Positions 19,736 to 29,505 of a stretch of DNA of 64,000 nucleotides are shown one piece after another. The translations under genes and the position numbers were made by a program. The stretch spans positions 64,001-128,000 of the forward strand of contig JBILLK010000009.1 in the NCBI GenBank assembly GCA_044376115.1, given 5' to 3'. This DNA is from Polyangiaceae bacterium (lineage in GTDB: Bacteria > Myxococcota_A > Polyangia > Polyangiales > Polyangiaceae). Under the pieces are notes generated by a model. The model did not search any database, was not told where the DNA came from, and saw nothing but the letters and a program-made list of their open reading frames with translations. Within the stretch, counting starts at the first letter, position 1; the number at the start of each line of letters is the position of its first letter.

Positions 19736-20947
19736 TCAGCTGCGGCCGAGCAAGCTCTCGAGCGCGTCGGCCAAGCGCTCATAGTCTGCGAGCTCGTTGT
19801 AACGCTGCGCCGAAACGCGGAAGAACCTCGAACGAGGGGTGGGCCAGTTGATGATCGGCACCTGGATGCGGTGCTCGTCCACCAGGCGCTTTTGCAGCGG
19901 GTCCGCATAGCCGGGGAGGCCAGGAATGTCCGCCTCGTGCTCCGGCCGGTCGGGGAGCGGCAGCGTCACCATCGTACCGAGCAGCTCGCTGGGAGCAGGG
20001 GCCTCGAGCCCGAGACGCCGGCACAAGAGCTCCCGCGCTTGCAACAGCAGGGCGTGATTGATGGCGTAGTGGGTCGCGAGCGAGCCCTCGGAGATGCCCT
20101 CGAGAAAATCGAGCGCCTTCGGCACCGACAGCTGGGCCGTTGGATCGTCGGTCCCCGTCCAATCAAATTCGAGCTGAAAACGGCTGCGATCCGTGCGCTG
20201 TGCGTTACGGCCGTGACTGGTCACGATCGGCTGTAGCCGCGCCTGCAGATCCTCACGCACCCAGAGGAAGGCGGCGCCTTTGGGCGCACATACCCACTTA
20301 TGCAGGTTGCCGGTGTAATACCCAGCTCCCAGCGAAGGGACGTCCAGCGCGAACATGCCCGGCGCATGCGCGCCGTCCACCAGCACCTCGCAACCATGTT
20401 TGTGCGCAACGTCCACCAGCTGCTTCACCGGCAGCACCAGCGCGCTGGGGCTCGTTACGTGATCGATCACGAGTAGGCGGGTACGCGGGCTGATCGCGGC
20501 CTCGACGCTCGCGACGATGACGTCAGCGCTCGCAACGGGGAAGGGCAGGGGCGCAAAGCGCACCTTCGCTCCGCGCGGTTCGGCCCAGCGCGCAGCGGCG
20601 TTGTTGACCGCGTTGTAGCCGTGACTCGTCACCAGCACCTCGTCGCCATCGGCCAGTGGGAAGGAGGCCAATACGGCGTTGCAGCCAGCCGTTGCGTTGG
20701 GCACCAGGGCGAGGTCTTTGGGTGCTGCGGAGAGCAGCTGCCCCAACCGTACGCGCAGCGCATCGAGCAGCGGCTCGAGCTCCCGCACGAAGAAATTCAC
20801 CGGCTCGCGTTCGATCGAGTGGCGCAGCTCGCTCTGAAAGGCCAACACCTCCCGTGGACAGGCGCCGAAGGAGCCGTGATTGAGGAAGGTGACCGCTTCA
20901 TCCAGCAGCCAGTGGGAACGCAAGGAGGTCGCCGAGAGCAGAGTCAT
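19736..20947 (-). CDS. Class V PLP enzyme (isopenicillin N epimerase/EgtE/Cys-lyase-like)
   Basis: FLNHGSFGACP, NAT, DHVTSP, VDGAHAPG, GNLHKW, WTGTDDP. Confidence 0.85.
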   Translation of the reverse strand: MTLLSATSLRSHWLLDEAVTFLNHGSFGACPREVLAFQSELRHSIEREPVNFFVRELEPLLDALRVRLGQLLSAAPKDLALVPNATAGCNAVLASFPLADGDEVLVTSHGYNAVNNAAARWAEPRGAKVRFAPLPFPVASADVIVASVEAAISPRTRLLVIDHVTSPSALVLPVKQLVDVAHKHGCEVLVDGAHAPGMFALDVPSLGAGYYTGNLHKWVCAPKGAAFLWVREDLQARLQPIVTSHGRNAQRTDRSRFQLEFDWTGTDDPTAQLSVPKALDFLEGISEGSLATHYAINHALLLQARELLCRRLGLEAPAPSELLGTMVTLPLPDRPEHEADIPGLPGYADPLQKRLVDEHRIQVPIINWPTPRSRFFRVSAQRYNELADYERLADALESLLGRS

Positions 20948-20954
20948 TGTCGCT

Positions 20955-22802
20955 TTAGGAGAGGACGTTGAGTTTTCCCTTGGGCCGCAGCTCATGCTTC
21001 GACCCTTCGAGTTCGGGCGTTTTGATGAAGGTGAGCGACTCGCTCGGCGCGCTGGGCGCGGTCCACTCCTCGAGGTCTTGTGGTAGTGGACCGGGCAGCG
21101 TTGGTTGCAGCGTGCGCTCGAGCAATTGGAAGTCGTGACGCGCTTCGAGTTCGAGCGGGAGGCCCTTCTTTAGCCCATCCGCTTTGAACCAAGCGCGTGC
21201 GCGATTGATGTTTCGGATCAGCACGAAGTGTTGTGGGTCCACCTTGGCCGCCTCGGAGAAGGCGTTCATCATCGTTTCGTAGTCACCGCGCCGCGCTGCA
21301 ATCACAGCGCGGTGATTCAGGATCAGGCCAGGGCACGGGTAGCCGAGCTCGCCCGCGCGATCGAGGTGCTCGAGCGCTTCATCCCAGCGTCCGAGCTCGA
21401 TCGCTGCGCCTGCAACGTCCATGTGTGCGCTGTGACAATCGGGGATGCGCGCGAGCACCTCGCGCAGCTCGGCGATGTCTGGCTGATGCATGGTTTGCAG
21501 GCCCGAGTGCGTGCGGAACCACTGGTTCATCTGCTCGGCCAGCGTCTCGTCGGCGTCGAAAGTGGTCTTGAACTCTTGGAACTTCTCGCGGAAGTAGACT
21601 TCACGCGAGAGCCAGCCACGTCGCTCGGCCTCATGGAAGTCGCCAGTGCCCGGATAAACCGATAGGCAACTAAATATGTATTCGTGCGGCTTGGCTCGCT
21701 CCAGGAACTCCAGCGTCTGCTCGAAGGACTCCTCGGTCTCCCCGCGGTTGCCGAGCATCATGAAGTAGCGAACTTTGATGCCGTAGCGTTTGCACAGCTC
21801 TGTGGTGCGCAGGATTTCCGCCACGGTGATCTTCTTGTCGATGGCATCGAGGATGCGCTGCGAGCCGCTCTCGACCCCGAGGCTGAGCCGTTGGCAGCCT
21901 GCGAGGCGCATCTCGCGCAAGAGCTCGTCGGTCAGCAGATCCACCCGTGTGTCACAGCTCCAGAAGAAGTTGAGCTTGCGCTCGCGAATGCGACGGCAAA
22001 GCTTCAGCACGCGCTTCTTATTGGTGGTGAAGGTGTCGTCCTTGATTTGGAGCATGCGCACCGGCAGCTTGGCCAGCGCCTGCTCGATCGTGTCGAGGAC
22101 GTACTCGATCGACTGCGAACGGAAGCCGCGTCCCCAGGTGGTCTCAGCGCCGCAGAAGGTGCAGGCCCATGGGCAGCCGCGCGAGGTCATCAGGATGTGA
22201 GTCGCGAAGCTGCGGTGCACCATCGCGAGCGTGTCGAGATCGGCCACCGCCTCGCGCTTCCCGCCGTAGACCAGCTCGTCGCGAGCCTCGGCGCGTCGCG
22301 ACCAAAGTCCGCGGATCGTCGCGAGCGGCTCTTTGCGCTCCACCTTCTGCAGCAGCTCCAAAAAGGTGTGATCCGCCTCCCCAACGGCCACGCTGTCCAC
22401 CGCGCCATAGTGCGTTAAAAGTTCCTTGGCCAAGGGCGACGCATGGGGGCCGCCGACCACGACGTGACAATCGGGCCGCCGCAGCTTGATGGCGCGGGAG
22501 ACCAGCTCGACGCCGCGCCTGTTGGCCGTCCAGCAGGAGAGCCCGACCACATCGGCGTCGAGCCGGTCGAGCACCGACTCGACCTTCTTCCACGAATAGG
22601 ACGATAGGTTGAGGACCTTGACGGCGTGACCGGCGCGCTGGGCCTCGGCGCCAAGCTGCAAGAGGCCGTAAGGGATCTGATAGAAGTCAGCATCCAGATC
22701 ACCTTGCCGATAGCCCGGCGGAGGGCCGTCACCGCTTTCGTCCTCCGGCTCGTTTTCTTCGGCGATCTTCCAAGGCGGCGGATAAAGCAGCGCGACCTTC
22801 AA
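20955..22802 (-). CDS. B12-binding radical SAM protein with C-terminal TPR-like region
   Basis: PYGL, VGGPHAS, VGEAD; SRGCPWACTFC (CxxxCxxC); LGVESGS; helical TPR-like tail; probable TTG start after GAGG. Confidence 0.88.
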   Translation of the reverse strand: MKVALLYPPPWKIAEENEPEDESGDGPPPGYRQGDLDADFYQIPYGLLQLGAEAQRAGHAVKVLNLSSYSWKKVESVLDRLDADVVGLSCWTANRRGVELVSRAIKLRRPDCHVVVGGPHASPLAKELLTHYGAVDSVAVGEADHTFLELLQKVERKEPLATIRGLWSRRAEARDELVYGGKREAVADLDTLAMVHRSFATHILMTSRGCPWACTFCGAETTWGRGFRSQSIEYVLDTIEQALAKLPVRMLQIKDDTFTTNKKRVLKLCRRIRERKLNFFWSCDTRVDLLTDELLREMRLAGCQRLSLGVESGSQRILDAIDKKITVAEILRTTELCKRYGIKVRYFMMLGNRGETEESFEQTLEFLERAKPHEYIFSCLSVYPGTGDFHEAERRGWLSREVYFREKFQEFKTTFDADETLAEQMNQWFRTHSGLQTMHQPDIAELREVLARIPDCHSAHMDVAGAAIELGRWDEALEHLDRAGELGYPCPGLILNHRAVIAARRGDYETMMNAFSEAAKVDPQHFVLIRNINRARAWFKADGLKKGLPLELEARHDFQLLERTLQPTLPGPLPQDLEEWTAPSAPSESLTFIKTPELEGSKHELRPKGKLNVLS

Positions 22803-22809
22803 GCTGGCC

Positions 22810-23763
22810 TCAATTCTCAGTGAAGCAGACCCCAATGTTGGTGGCGAAGCTGTACGAAATACAGCTGCCACCCGCGCCACAATCGGCGTCGGTGCAACAA
22901 TACTTGAAGCACTTCCCGACCGAGTCGAAGTCGGAGTCACAGGTCATTCCCTGTTTGCACAGCACCTTGTTGGTGTTGTCACAGGGCTCACAAGCATTCT
23001 GCGTCACCGGATCGGCGTAACACCTGAAGTTACCGCCGTAGTCGCATACCTCGTTGGGCTCGCAGCCGTCGTTGGTGATCGGGTTGCAGTCGTGGCCCAT
23101 GTCGATGTAGTTGCTCATGCAGAAGCCGTCCGCCTCTGGGAACGTGCCGCAACTCGCGTCGAGGTCGCTGGCGTCGAAGCTGGCCTCCTCGAGGTAGAGG
23201 CACTCGCCGCCGGGGATCACCAGGCCGTCCTGATCGAGTTCACGGTATTGCACCTTCGACAGCGTGCCTTTGACGCGAGCTTTGAATTGCGTGGGGTAGG
23301 TCGGGGCCGCTTCCAAGGTCACCGTGCCTGCGACGGCCACGAGGATTTGGCCGTCCATGTCGCCGGGCTCGTAGGTCAAAAGATCCACGGCGTCTCGAAT
23401 GGCGCCGGAGAAAACAGGTGCATCCGCGCTTGCGAAGCTGACCAGGCCGAGGCTCGTAACGCCGCCCTCGGTAGGCGAAACGACCACCACCTCGGGCTCA
23501 TTGCTCCCCGCGCTGGGCGAGAACTCGAAGCCGACGCCGTTGGCGCTGAAGAGCTTGTCCCCGCCGGCATAGGTGATCAGAGTGCAACCCTCAGGAACGA
23601 TGGGGGCTCCCCCCTGGCCGCCGCCCCCAACTTCAGGTGAGCCGCCCGCTCCGCCTTGGCCGCCGCTTCCGCCGCTGCTGCCCCCGGCGCCAGCGCCGCC
23701 TGATCCAGAATCCCCGCAGGCGAGCATCACCAAACACAGTGAAAGACAGCCAAGTCGAAGCAT
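22810..23763 (-). CDS. Gly-linker, Cys-rich lipoprotein
   Basis: Lipobox MLAC, GGxGG linker, C-terminal Cys cluster CNPITNDGC...CFKYCCTDADC. Confidence 0.8.
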   Translation of the reverse strand: MLRLGCLSLCLVMLACGDSGSGGAGAGGSSGGSGGQGGAGGSPEVGGGGQGGAPIVPEGCTLITYAGGDKLFSANGVGFEFSPSAGSNEPEVVVVSPTEGGVTSLGLVSFASADAPVFSGAIRDAVDLLTYEPGDMDGQILVAVAGTVTLEAAPTYPTQFKARVKGTLSKVQYRELDQDGLVIPGGECLYLEEASFDASDLDASCGTFPEADGFCMSNYIDMGHDCNPITNDGCEPNEVCDYGGNFRCYADPVTQNACEPCDNTNKVLCKQGMTCDSDFDSVGKCFKYCCTDADCGAGGSCISYSFATNIGVCFTEN

Positions 23764-23863
23764 AACCGCAGCATAGCGGCATTTCCCGAGTAGGTGTCTG
23801 CCCCCTTCGCGCGCCGACAATCATGGATTGCGGCACGCTGCATGGAGAAGTAGTGTCGGCGCT

Positions 23864-24724
23864 GTGAACGCAGACGCATCTCAGGTCACTCATCTGCCGC
23901 TGTTTCGTAACCTGGACACGGCGGCGCTCGCGCCCCTGTTCAAGGCCTTCAAAAGCCGAACCTTGGCGAAGGGCGAGGTGCTCTTCCGTGCGGGGGAGAT
24001 CTCCAAGGTATTCCAGCTGCTCGCGGCGGGAGAACTGTCTCTCGCAGAGCCGGGCGAGCCGCCGATCGTGCTGCGGCCGGTCTCGCCGATCGGCGAGCTC
24101 GGGGCGCTTGCGGGCTTACCGCGCAACGCGACCGCAACAGCGCTGACCGAGGTCACCGTGCTGGAGCTGCCGTCGGCCGAGCTCACGGTGCTACTCGACG
24201 CAACGCCGGCGCTAGCGCTCGGCTTCTACCGCAACCTGATTGAGGTTGTGGCCGACAAGGTTCGCCGGGACAAAGGCCGCACTGACGAGATCCGCTCCAA
24301 CCTGATTCGTACGCAGAAGTCGATGAAGGAGCTGCGAGATATCGTGCTCTCGGCCGAGGAGACTTCGCTCTCGCAACCGCTATGCGACAAGCTCGATGAG
24401 CTGATTGAGAAGAATCGGCGCGGTCATTATCGCGTTGCGCCCACGGCCACGCACCCTGCGGAGCTGCGGCTCGAGGGCAAGAAGGTGGCGATCATCGAGC
24501 TCTCCGAGGGCTTCCTCAAGCTCTCGAATGATGCCGGCTTTGACGCTGGCACCGAGGTCTCCGGCGTCCTTTCGCTGCCCCGTCATGAGCTAGCCGTGAG
24601 CGGTCGAGTCGAGCGCGTTGGCACCGACGGCGCGCTGCTCAAGTTGGACCTCTTGATCGAGGAGTACAAGACGGCGCTCTCGGCCTACATGACCGAGCTG
24701 CAGATGCTCGACTTCGTGGTCTGA
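23864..24724 (+). CDS. Cyclic-nucleotide-binding domain protein with coiled coil and PilZ-like C-terminus
   Basis: LPLF, GEVLFRAGE, IGELGAL...PRNATA; C-terminal RRGHYR and ELSEG motifs. Confidence 0.8.
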   Translation: MNADASQVTHLPLFRNLDTAALAPLFKAFKSRTLAKGEVLFRAGEISKVFQLLAAGELSLAEPGEPPIVLRPVSPIGELGALAGLPRNATATALTEVTVLELPSAELTVLLDATPALALGFYRNLIEVVADKVRRDKGRTDEIRSNLIRTQKSMKELRDIVLSAEETSLSQPLCDKLDELIEKNRRGHYRVAPTATHPAELRLEGKKVAIIELSEGFLKLSNDAGFDAGTEVSGVLSLPRHELAVSGRVERVGTDGALLKLDLLIEEYKTALSAYMTELQMLDFVV

Positions 24725-24751
24725 GCACCGTCGCTACGATACGCGCCAAAG

Positions 24752-24785
24752 AAAGCGCCCCGTTCCGAAGCCGGACGGGGCGTTT
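24752..24785. terminator. Probable bidirectional terminator between convergent genes
   Basis: AAAGCGCCCCGT(T)CCG-AAGC-CGGACGGGGCGTTT. Confidence 0.7.
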
Positions 24786-24831
24786 GGCGTTTCATCCAAC
24801 GTGGTGCAGGCCTCGTCTGCGCGGCGCGTCG

Positions 24832-27800
24832 CTAGTCGGTGCTCGACCACTCGAGCATCAGGCCTGGTCCACCGCCACCGCGTGAGCCCGCCGCGACTCC
24901 AACACCAAACATCAGCCGTGGTTCGTTGGTGAAGAGATAGTCCACCTCAACCTCGGCATCGCTGCGGCCGATGCCCTCGGGGCGCATGGTGGCCTTGAAG
25001 CGAGCGTCCCCATCGGCGAAGAAGCGCTCAGCGTCATAGTTCTCGATGCGCCCGTAGGCGCGGTGCTGATCGTACGGATCCCCCCAGCCGCTCACGCGAT
25101 CGAGGAACAGGAGATGCGGCAGGTTGACCGCGATGAAGCTCAATACGAGCAGGCCTTGGTGCTGCGGGAAGTCCACCGTCACCGACTCCGGCATGTCGGG
25201 CCCACTGACGAAGCGCTCGCGTCCCTCGTTATGCATCGCCAAGAGGTCGAACAGTGCACCCGGGCTGCCTGCGCCGGAGATCACCGTCTTGCGATCCGAG
25301 AGCGGTCCGGTCATCTGGATCTTCAGTGATTGTCCGGCGCTCTTTTCCGAGATCCCGCGCAGCGCCCAGGGATCGAGCTTCTTCTCGAAGGTGAGGTCGA
25401 CATGCCCTGCGGGATGCGCGTCATCAAAGACGAAGGAGCCTGCGGTCAGCGGGTGCACGCCGCCGCCCAGCGAGAGCTCGCCCTTGCTCATCACGAGCTT
25501 GCCGCGGATGGTCCGCTCCGAACCGCGAATGGCCACGTTGAGTTGGCCGCTCGTGGTGAAGTCGATCGGGGACTGAAAGACGCGTGCTCCAGGGTGAACG
25601 CGCAGCGAGATGTCGGTGCCTGTTGGCTCTGCAGCGCCGGCCGCCTCCGGGGCCTCTTTGGCGGCGCGCTCCTTGGCCAGCCGCTCGGTCACGCTCGCCG
25701 GTACCGGCAGCTTGCCGCGTTCGCTCTCTTTGCCGGTGACATCGATCAGATCGCCTGCGTGAACGTCCTCGGGTTGATGCGCCTTCTCGAAGCGGTCGGG
25801 GAAGAGCGCCTCTAGCTTGTCGACGTCGACTTGCACGGCGCGGATCGGCTTCGATAGGTCGGCCTCGACGCGGACGTCGGCGCTCAGCGTGCCTCGCGGG
25901 GCGTCGGCCATCCCGATGTTCTTGGTGCCAAAGAGCAGCCACTTGCTGGCCTCGATTCGAAGCTTGGCCGTCTGCGGCTTGAGCTTCGCGAGGCTGATCG
26001 CTCCGCTGATCTTTAGAGTTCGGTTCTTCTCCTGTTGATCGCTCTCTTTGGCCGAGAGCTGCTGCAACGTGACGACGTCCCCTTGGGCCGCGAGCTCGAG
26101 CAGCACGTCGCGCACAACCCGCTTGGTCCCGGGGATCGGTACGTTGCCGCTGAGCTTCAACAGCCCGGCGAGCCCACCCTGTTTGACGACCGTCTTGCCC
26201 TCCAACTTCTCGAGCTCGACCTCTGCTTTGAGGTCGGCGTTCAGCTGACCGCTGGGCTCGACCGGGAGCTTTTCGGAGACGAGTTTGGGTAGCAGATCGC
26301 GAAGGTCCACTTGTTCCCCCTCGAGACCCGCGTGAATGGGAAGCGGAGCTCCGCTCTCGGAGAAGCCCTTCAGGGCCTCGCGGGGAACGCTAGCGACGAG
26401 TTTGAGCGGCGGTTCCTTGCCCGAGCCCCAGCCGACTGCAGCGCTGAGCTGGTCACTCGAGACGTCGAGCTTGATCTGCGCGCCACCGTCGGTGCCACTC
26501 CACATCGGCACGGCGCCGACCCGCAGATCCACGTTGGCCAAGACGTTCTTTGCGCTGCCGTGCACTTTGCCGGAGCCGCTCAAGCGGCCGGGCAGGCTTT
26601 GCACCTTGCCGCTCAGCGGACCAAGGCTTGCGAGGGTGCGTTCGGGAATGGTCAGCTCGAGGTTGAGCGCCGGATCCAAGCCTTGTTTGATTCGGGTGAG
26701 CAGCCCTGTGCCGGCGACGCCAAGCGAGCCGGCGATCGTGGCGAGCGGCTCGCCCTCGAGCGTCGTCGCAAGGTTGACTGTGGTGGTGTCGCCGCTCAAA
26801 TCCGCCTGAAGCTTGAGCGACAAAGGTCCGGCCTGGCCCTCCGTACGCGCGGGGTTCAACTTGTTGAGCAGGCCCGCCGCGTCGAGGCTGAGTTCGGCCA
26901 AAAGATCGCGTCGGTTGCCGTGTACATGCGCCTTCGCCGATACCTTGCCACCAACGCCGCGCACCCGCGCGAGCTTCTCGACGTCCGGCAACTTCGAGAG
27001 ATCGAGCGGTCCGACGTCCACCATCGCGTCGTACGTCAGCGCGTTGAGGCCGCCTTGCGCGACCGAGTAGGGGAGGTGAAGCGCGAGCTTGGAGCGGACG
27101 GTGCGTTCGCTGGCTGCGTCGATGAAGACCGCCAGCTCTCCAGCGAAGTCCGCCGAGGTTTTGGGGCCAGGTGTGAGCTCGCCCTCCAAGGAGAGCTTCG
27201 AGACAAGCTTCGGGTTCTCGGGTGCGAGCAAGGGACCTTTGGCCGAGAGCTTCACGCTACCCGAGGGATTGGCGAAGCTGCCGAAGGCATGAATGCTTGC
27301 CTCCAGGTCGGCTTGCGGGAGCTTCTTACCCTCCAGCGCGCTTGGCGGCACAAACGTGAGCAGCTCAGACAAGGCGCGATTTGGTAGCGACAGCCGCACA
27401 TCAAAGGCGCGCGAATCATCGAGTTTGCGCTCGGTCTCGTTAAGAATGATCGGAACCTCGCCGGCGATCGTCAGGAAGGCCTCGCGCGTGGCCGCGTCAC
27501 GAGCCTCGAGCGTCAACCGGGCGGTGCGCGGGTCCACGTGGGCCGTGAGCTCGGCTCGCGCGCGTCGCCCGCCGTCTTTGCGCGAGGTGGTGACGTCTGC
27601 GCGCAGATCGACGACGGGCTCGGCGCGCGTCCCTTTGGCTTTGAGGTGCACGTTGATACCGGCATCGAGCCCGAGCCCCTTCGGCAGGTAGCGACCGCGC
27701 AACGCCAGGATCGACGAAAGCCGAAGCCCGGTCACATCGACGTCGGCCTCTCCGCCTTCGAGCACGAGCGACTTCTCCTGCTTCTCCGCGTCTCCTTTGC

Positions 27801-29505
27801 GCAACGATAGGTCGGCGCGCAGCGCGACCTTGCCGCCCAACGCTTTGAGCGCCGTCGCTCCGGCGGTGATCCGCAAGTTGCCGCCTACGGCACCCTTTAC
27901 ATTGATATGCAGGTCGTCGTCAGGAAGCTCTACCGTACGCAGCGGCAACTTCGTCGAGATCGGGATGCCTGCTGCCGCGAGCTCGCTCAGCAGCTGACCG
28001 ACATCGCCCGAGAGCAGCACCGTGGCATCGACCTCTTTGCTGGCTCGGTCGAAGCTCCCGGAGGCGTGCAGCTTCTGCCCGAGGGCTGCCACGTCGAGCG
28101 ACTCGATCGTCACGGCGTTGCCCTTGAGCTTCACATCGCCGTCCACGCTTTGGATCGGGACGCCACGCACAGAAATGTCGGTAAGCTTGAGCTTCGCTCG
28201 CGTGTCGATCGCCTCCGCCGACTTGCCAGAGCCGTTGGCCTGTAGCGACAAGGACGCGATCTTGATCGGCGGGATTTTGCCCTCGGGATCGGCGAGCAGC
28301 TCGGTCGTGTCGATGTCGGTTACGGTCACGCTGACGTCGTGCACAGGCGACTCGGAGCGACTCGCGTCGAGCTTGCCCAGCAGCTTTACCTGCGCCTTCC
28401 CGCTCGTGAGCGCTAGGTCGATGCGCGGCTCCCCGCCCTCCTCACGGATGCGGGTCCCGAGGTCGACATCGTGTTTGATCAGCTCGCGGCCCAGGAACTC
28501 GTTGAGCTTGGTGGCGTCCAGGTGCAAGCCCACGACCTCCCCCGCAGGCGCGCCCTTGAGTGCGCCGTCCTCCATTGCTCCGTGCACGTTGACGGACGCC
28601 AACGACACAGCGTCGAGCGCAAGTTTGCCCAGCGAAACGTCGAGCCCTTCTGACCCGAGTGTCAGTGTCACGCCCTCCCAACGCACAGGAAAGGAGCGCT
28701 TGCCGAGCTTCGGGATGTCGGCGGCGACCTCGGCCGACAGCGGCAGCACGGTGACCGTGCCTTTGCCCTCGACCAACTCGAGCTTTACGCCCGTCTTGAT
28801 CGCTTCGACGCCAAGCGAAAGTCCGGTCGGCTTCTCGATCCCGAGTGAGAGGGTGATTGGGTCGAGCAGCACGCTGAAGTTCTTGCTCGCAGGCGTGGTT
28901 CGAACACTGCCCGCGATGCCGAGATCGCTCACACGCGTCTTGGAGCCATCGGCGTTGCTGATGCTGACGTCGATGTTCTCCACCGTGAGCTTGCGGATAT
29001 CGATCGTCTTTTCGATCGGCTTGCTGATGAAGATGTTGGTGAGGTTCGAGGTGCCATCCTCGTTCTTGATGATGTCGACCGAGACGTCGCGCAGGACGAA
29101 GCTGTCGATCGGAACCACTGGCCCGCCGAGCTCGTTCCAGGCGAGCGCAAACGTCAACTCGCCGACCGCGATCGCTGTACGACCCTCTTTGTCCTTCACC
29201 TTGAAGCCACCGATCGAGACCGGCCCGAGCAGCTCATAGTCGAGCGAGTCGATCGAGATGGTGCCGTTGAAGCGCTTCTGCAGGCCGGCCGTCAGCTTCT
29301 GTTTGACGAAGCCTTTGCCGCTGTCGGTGGTGAGGTAGAAGACCGCGCCGGCGAGCAGGAGCACGACGCCGAGTACGAACACGAACAGTCCGCGGGCAAT
29401 GCGGAACAGCCAGCCGCGCTTCTTCTTTGGGCGTTTGCCGGTTGCGGTAGGCGGCTTGGTTTGGCCTTCGGTCTTCGACTCGTTCTCGGTTGCCGCGTCG
29501 CTCAT
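24832..29505 (-). CDS. TamB/AsmA-like translocation-assembly module protein
   Basis: 1557 aa, N-terminal TM anchor, DGTSNL, long beta-strand-rich body; overlaps the stop of a TamA-like gene. Confidence 0.75.
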   Translation of the reverse strand: MSDAATENESKTEGQTKPPTATGKRPKKKRGWLFRIARGLFVFVLGVVLLLAGAVFYLTTDSGKGFVKQKLTAGLQKRFNGTISIDSLDYELLGPVSIGGFKVKDKEGRTAIAVGELTFALAWNELGGPVVPIDSFVLRDVSVDIIKNEDGTSNLTNIFISKPIEKTIDIRKLTVENIDVSISNADGSKTRVSDLGIAGSVRTTPASKNFSVLLDPITLSLGIEKPTGLSLGVEAIKTGVKLELVEGKGTVTVLPLSAEVAADIPKLGKRSFPVRWEGVTLTLGSEGLDVSLGKLALDAVSLASVNVHGAMEDGALKGAPAGEVVGLHLDATKLNEFLGRELIKHDVDLGTRIREEGGEPRIDLALTSGKAQVKLLGKLDASRSESPVHDVSVTVTDIDTTELLADPEGKIPPIKIASLSLQANGSGKSAEAIDTRAKLKLTDISVRGVPIQSVDGDVKLKGNAVTIESLDVAALGQKLHASGSFDRASKEVDATVLLSGDVGQLLSELAAAGIPISTKLPLRTVELPDDDLHINVKGAVGGNLRITAGATALKALGGKVALRADLSLRKGDAEKQEKSLVLEGGEADVDVTGLRLSSILALRGRYLPKGLGLDAGINVHLKAKGTRAEPVVDLRADVTTSRKDGGRRARAELTAHVDPRTARLTLEARDAATREAFLTIAGEVPIILNETERKLDDSRAFDVRLSLPNRALSELLTFVPPSALEGKKLPQADLEASIHAFGSFANPSGSVKLSAKGPLLAPENPKLVSKLSLEGELTPGPKTSADFAGELAVFIDAASERTVRSKLALHLPYSVAQGGLNALTYDAMVDVGPLDLSKLPDVEKLARVRGVGGKVSAKAHVHGNRRDLLAELSLDAAGLLNKLNPARTEGQAGPLSLKLQADLSGDTTTVNLATTLEGEPLATIAGSLGVAGTGLLTRIKQGLDPALNLELTIPERTLASLGPLSGKVQSLPGRLSGSGKVHGSAKNVLANVDLRVGAVPMWSGTDGGAQIKLDVSSDQLSAAVGWGSGKEPPLKLVASVPREALKGFSESGAPLPIHAGLEGEQVDLRDLLPKLVSEKLPVEPSGQLNADLKAEVELEKLEGKTVVKQGGLAGLLKLSGNVPIPGTKRVVRDVLLELAAQGDVVTLQQLSAKESDQQEKNRTLKISGAISLAKLKPQTAKLRIEASKWLLFGTKNIGMADAPRGTLSADVRVEADLSKPIRAVQVDVDKLEALFPDRFEKAHQPEDVHAGDLIDVTGKESERGKLPVPASVTERLAKERAAKEAPEAAGAAEPTGTDISLRVHPGARVFQSPIDFTTSGQLNVAIRGSERTIRGKLVMSKGELSLGGGVHPLTAGSFVFDDAHPAGHVDLTFEKKLDPWALRGISEKSAGQSLKIQMTGPLSDRKTVISGAGSPGALFDLLAMHNEGRERFVSGPDMPESVTVDFPQHQGLLVLSFIAVNLPHLLFLDRVSGWGDPYDQHRAYGRIENYDAERFFADGDARFKATMRPEGIGRSDAEVEVDYLFTNEPRLMFGVGVAAGSRGGGGPGLMLEWSSTD

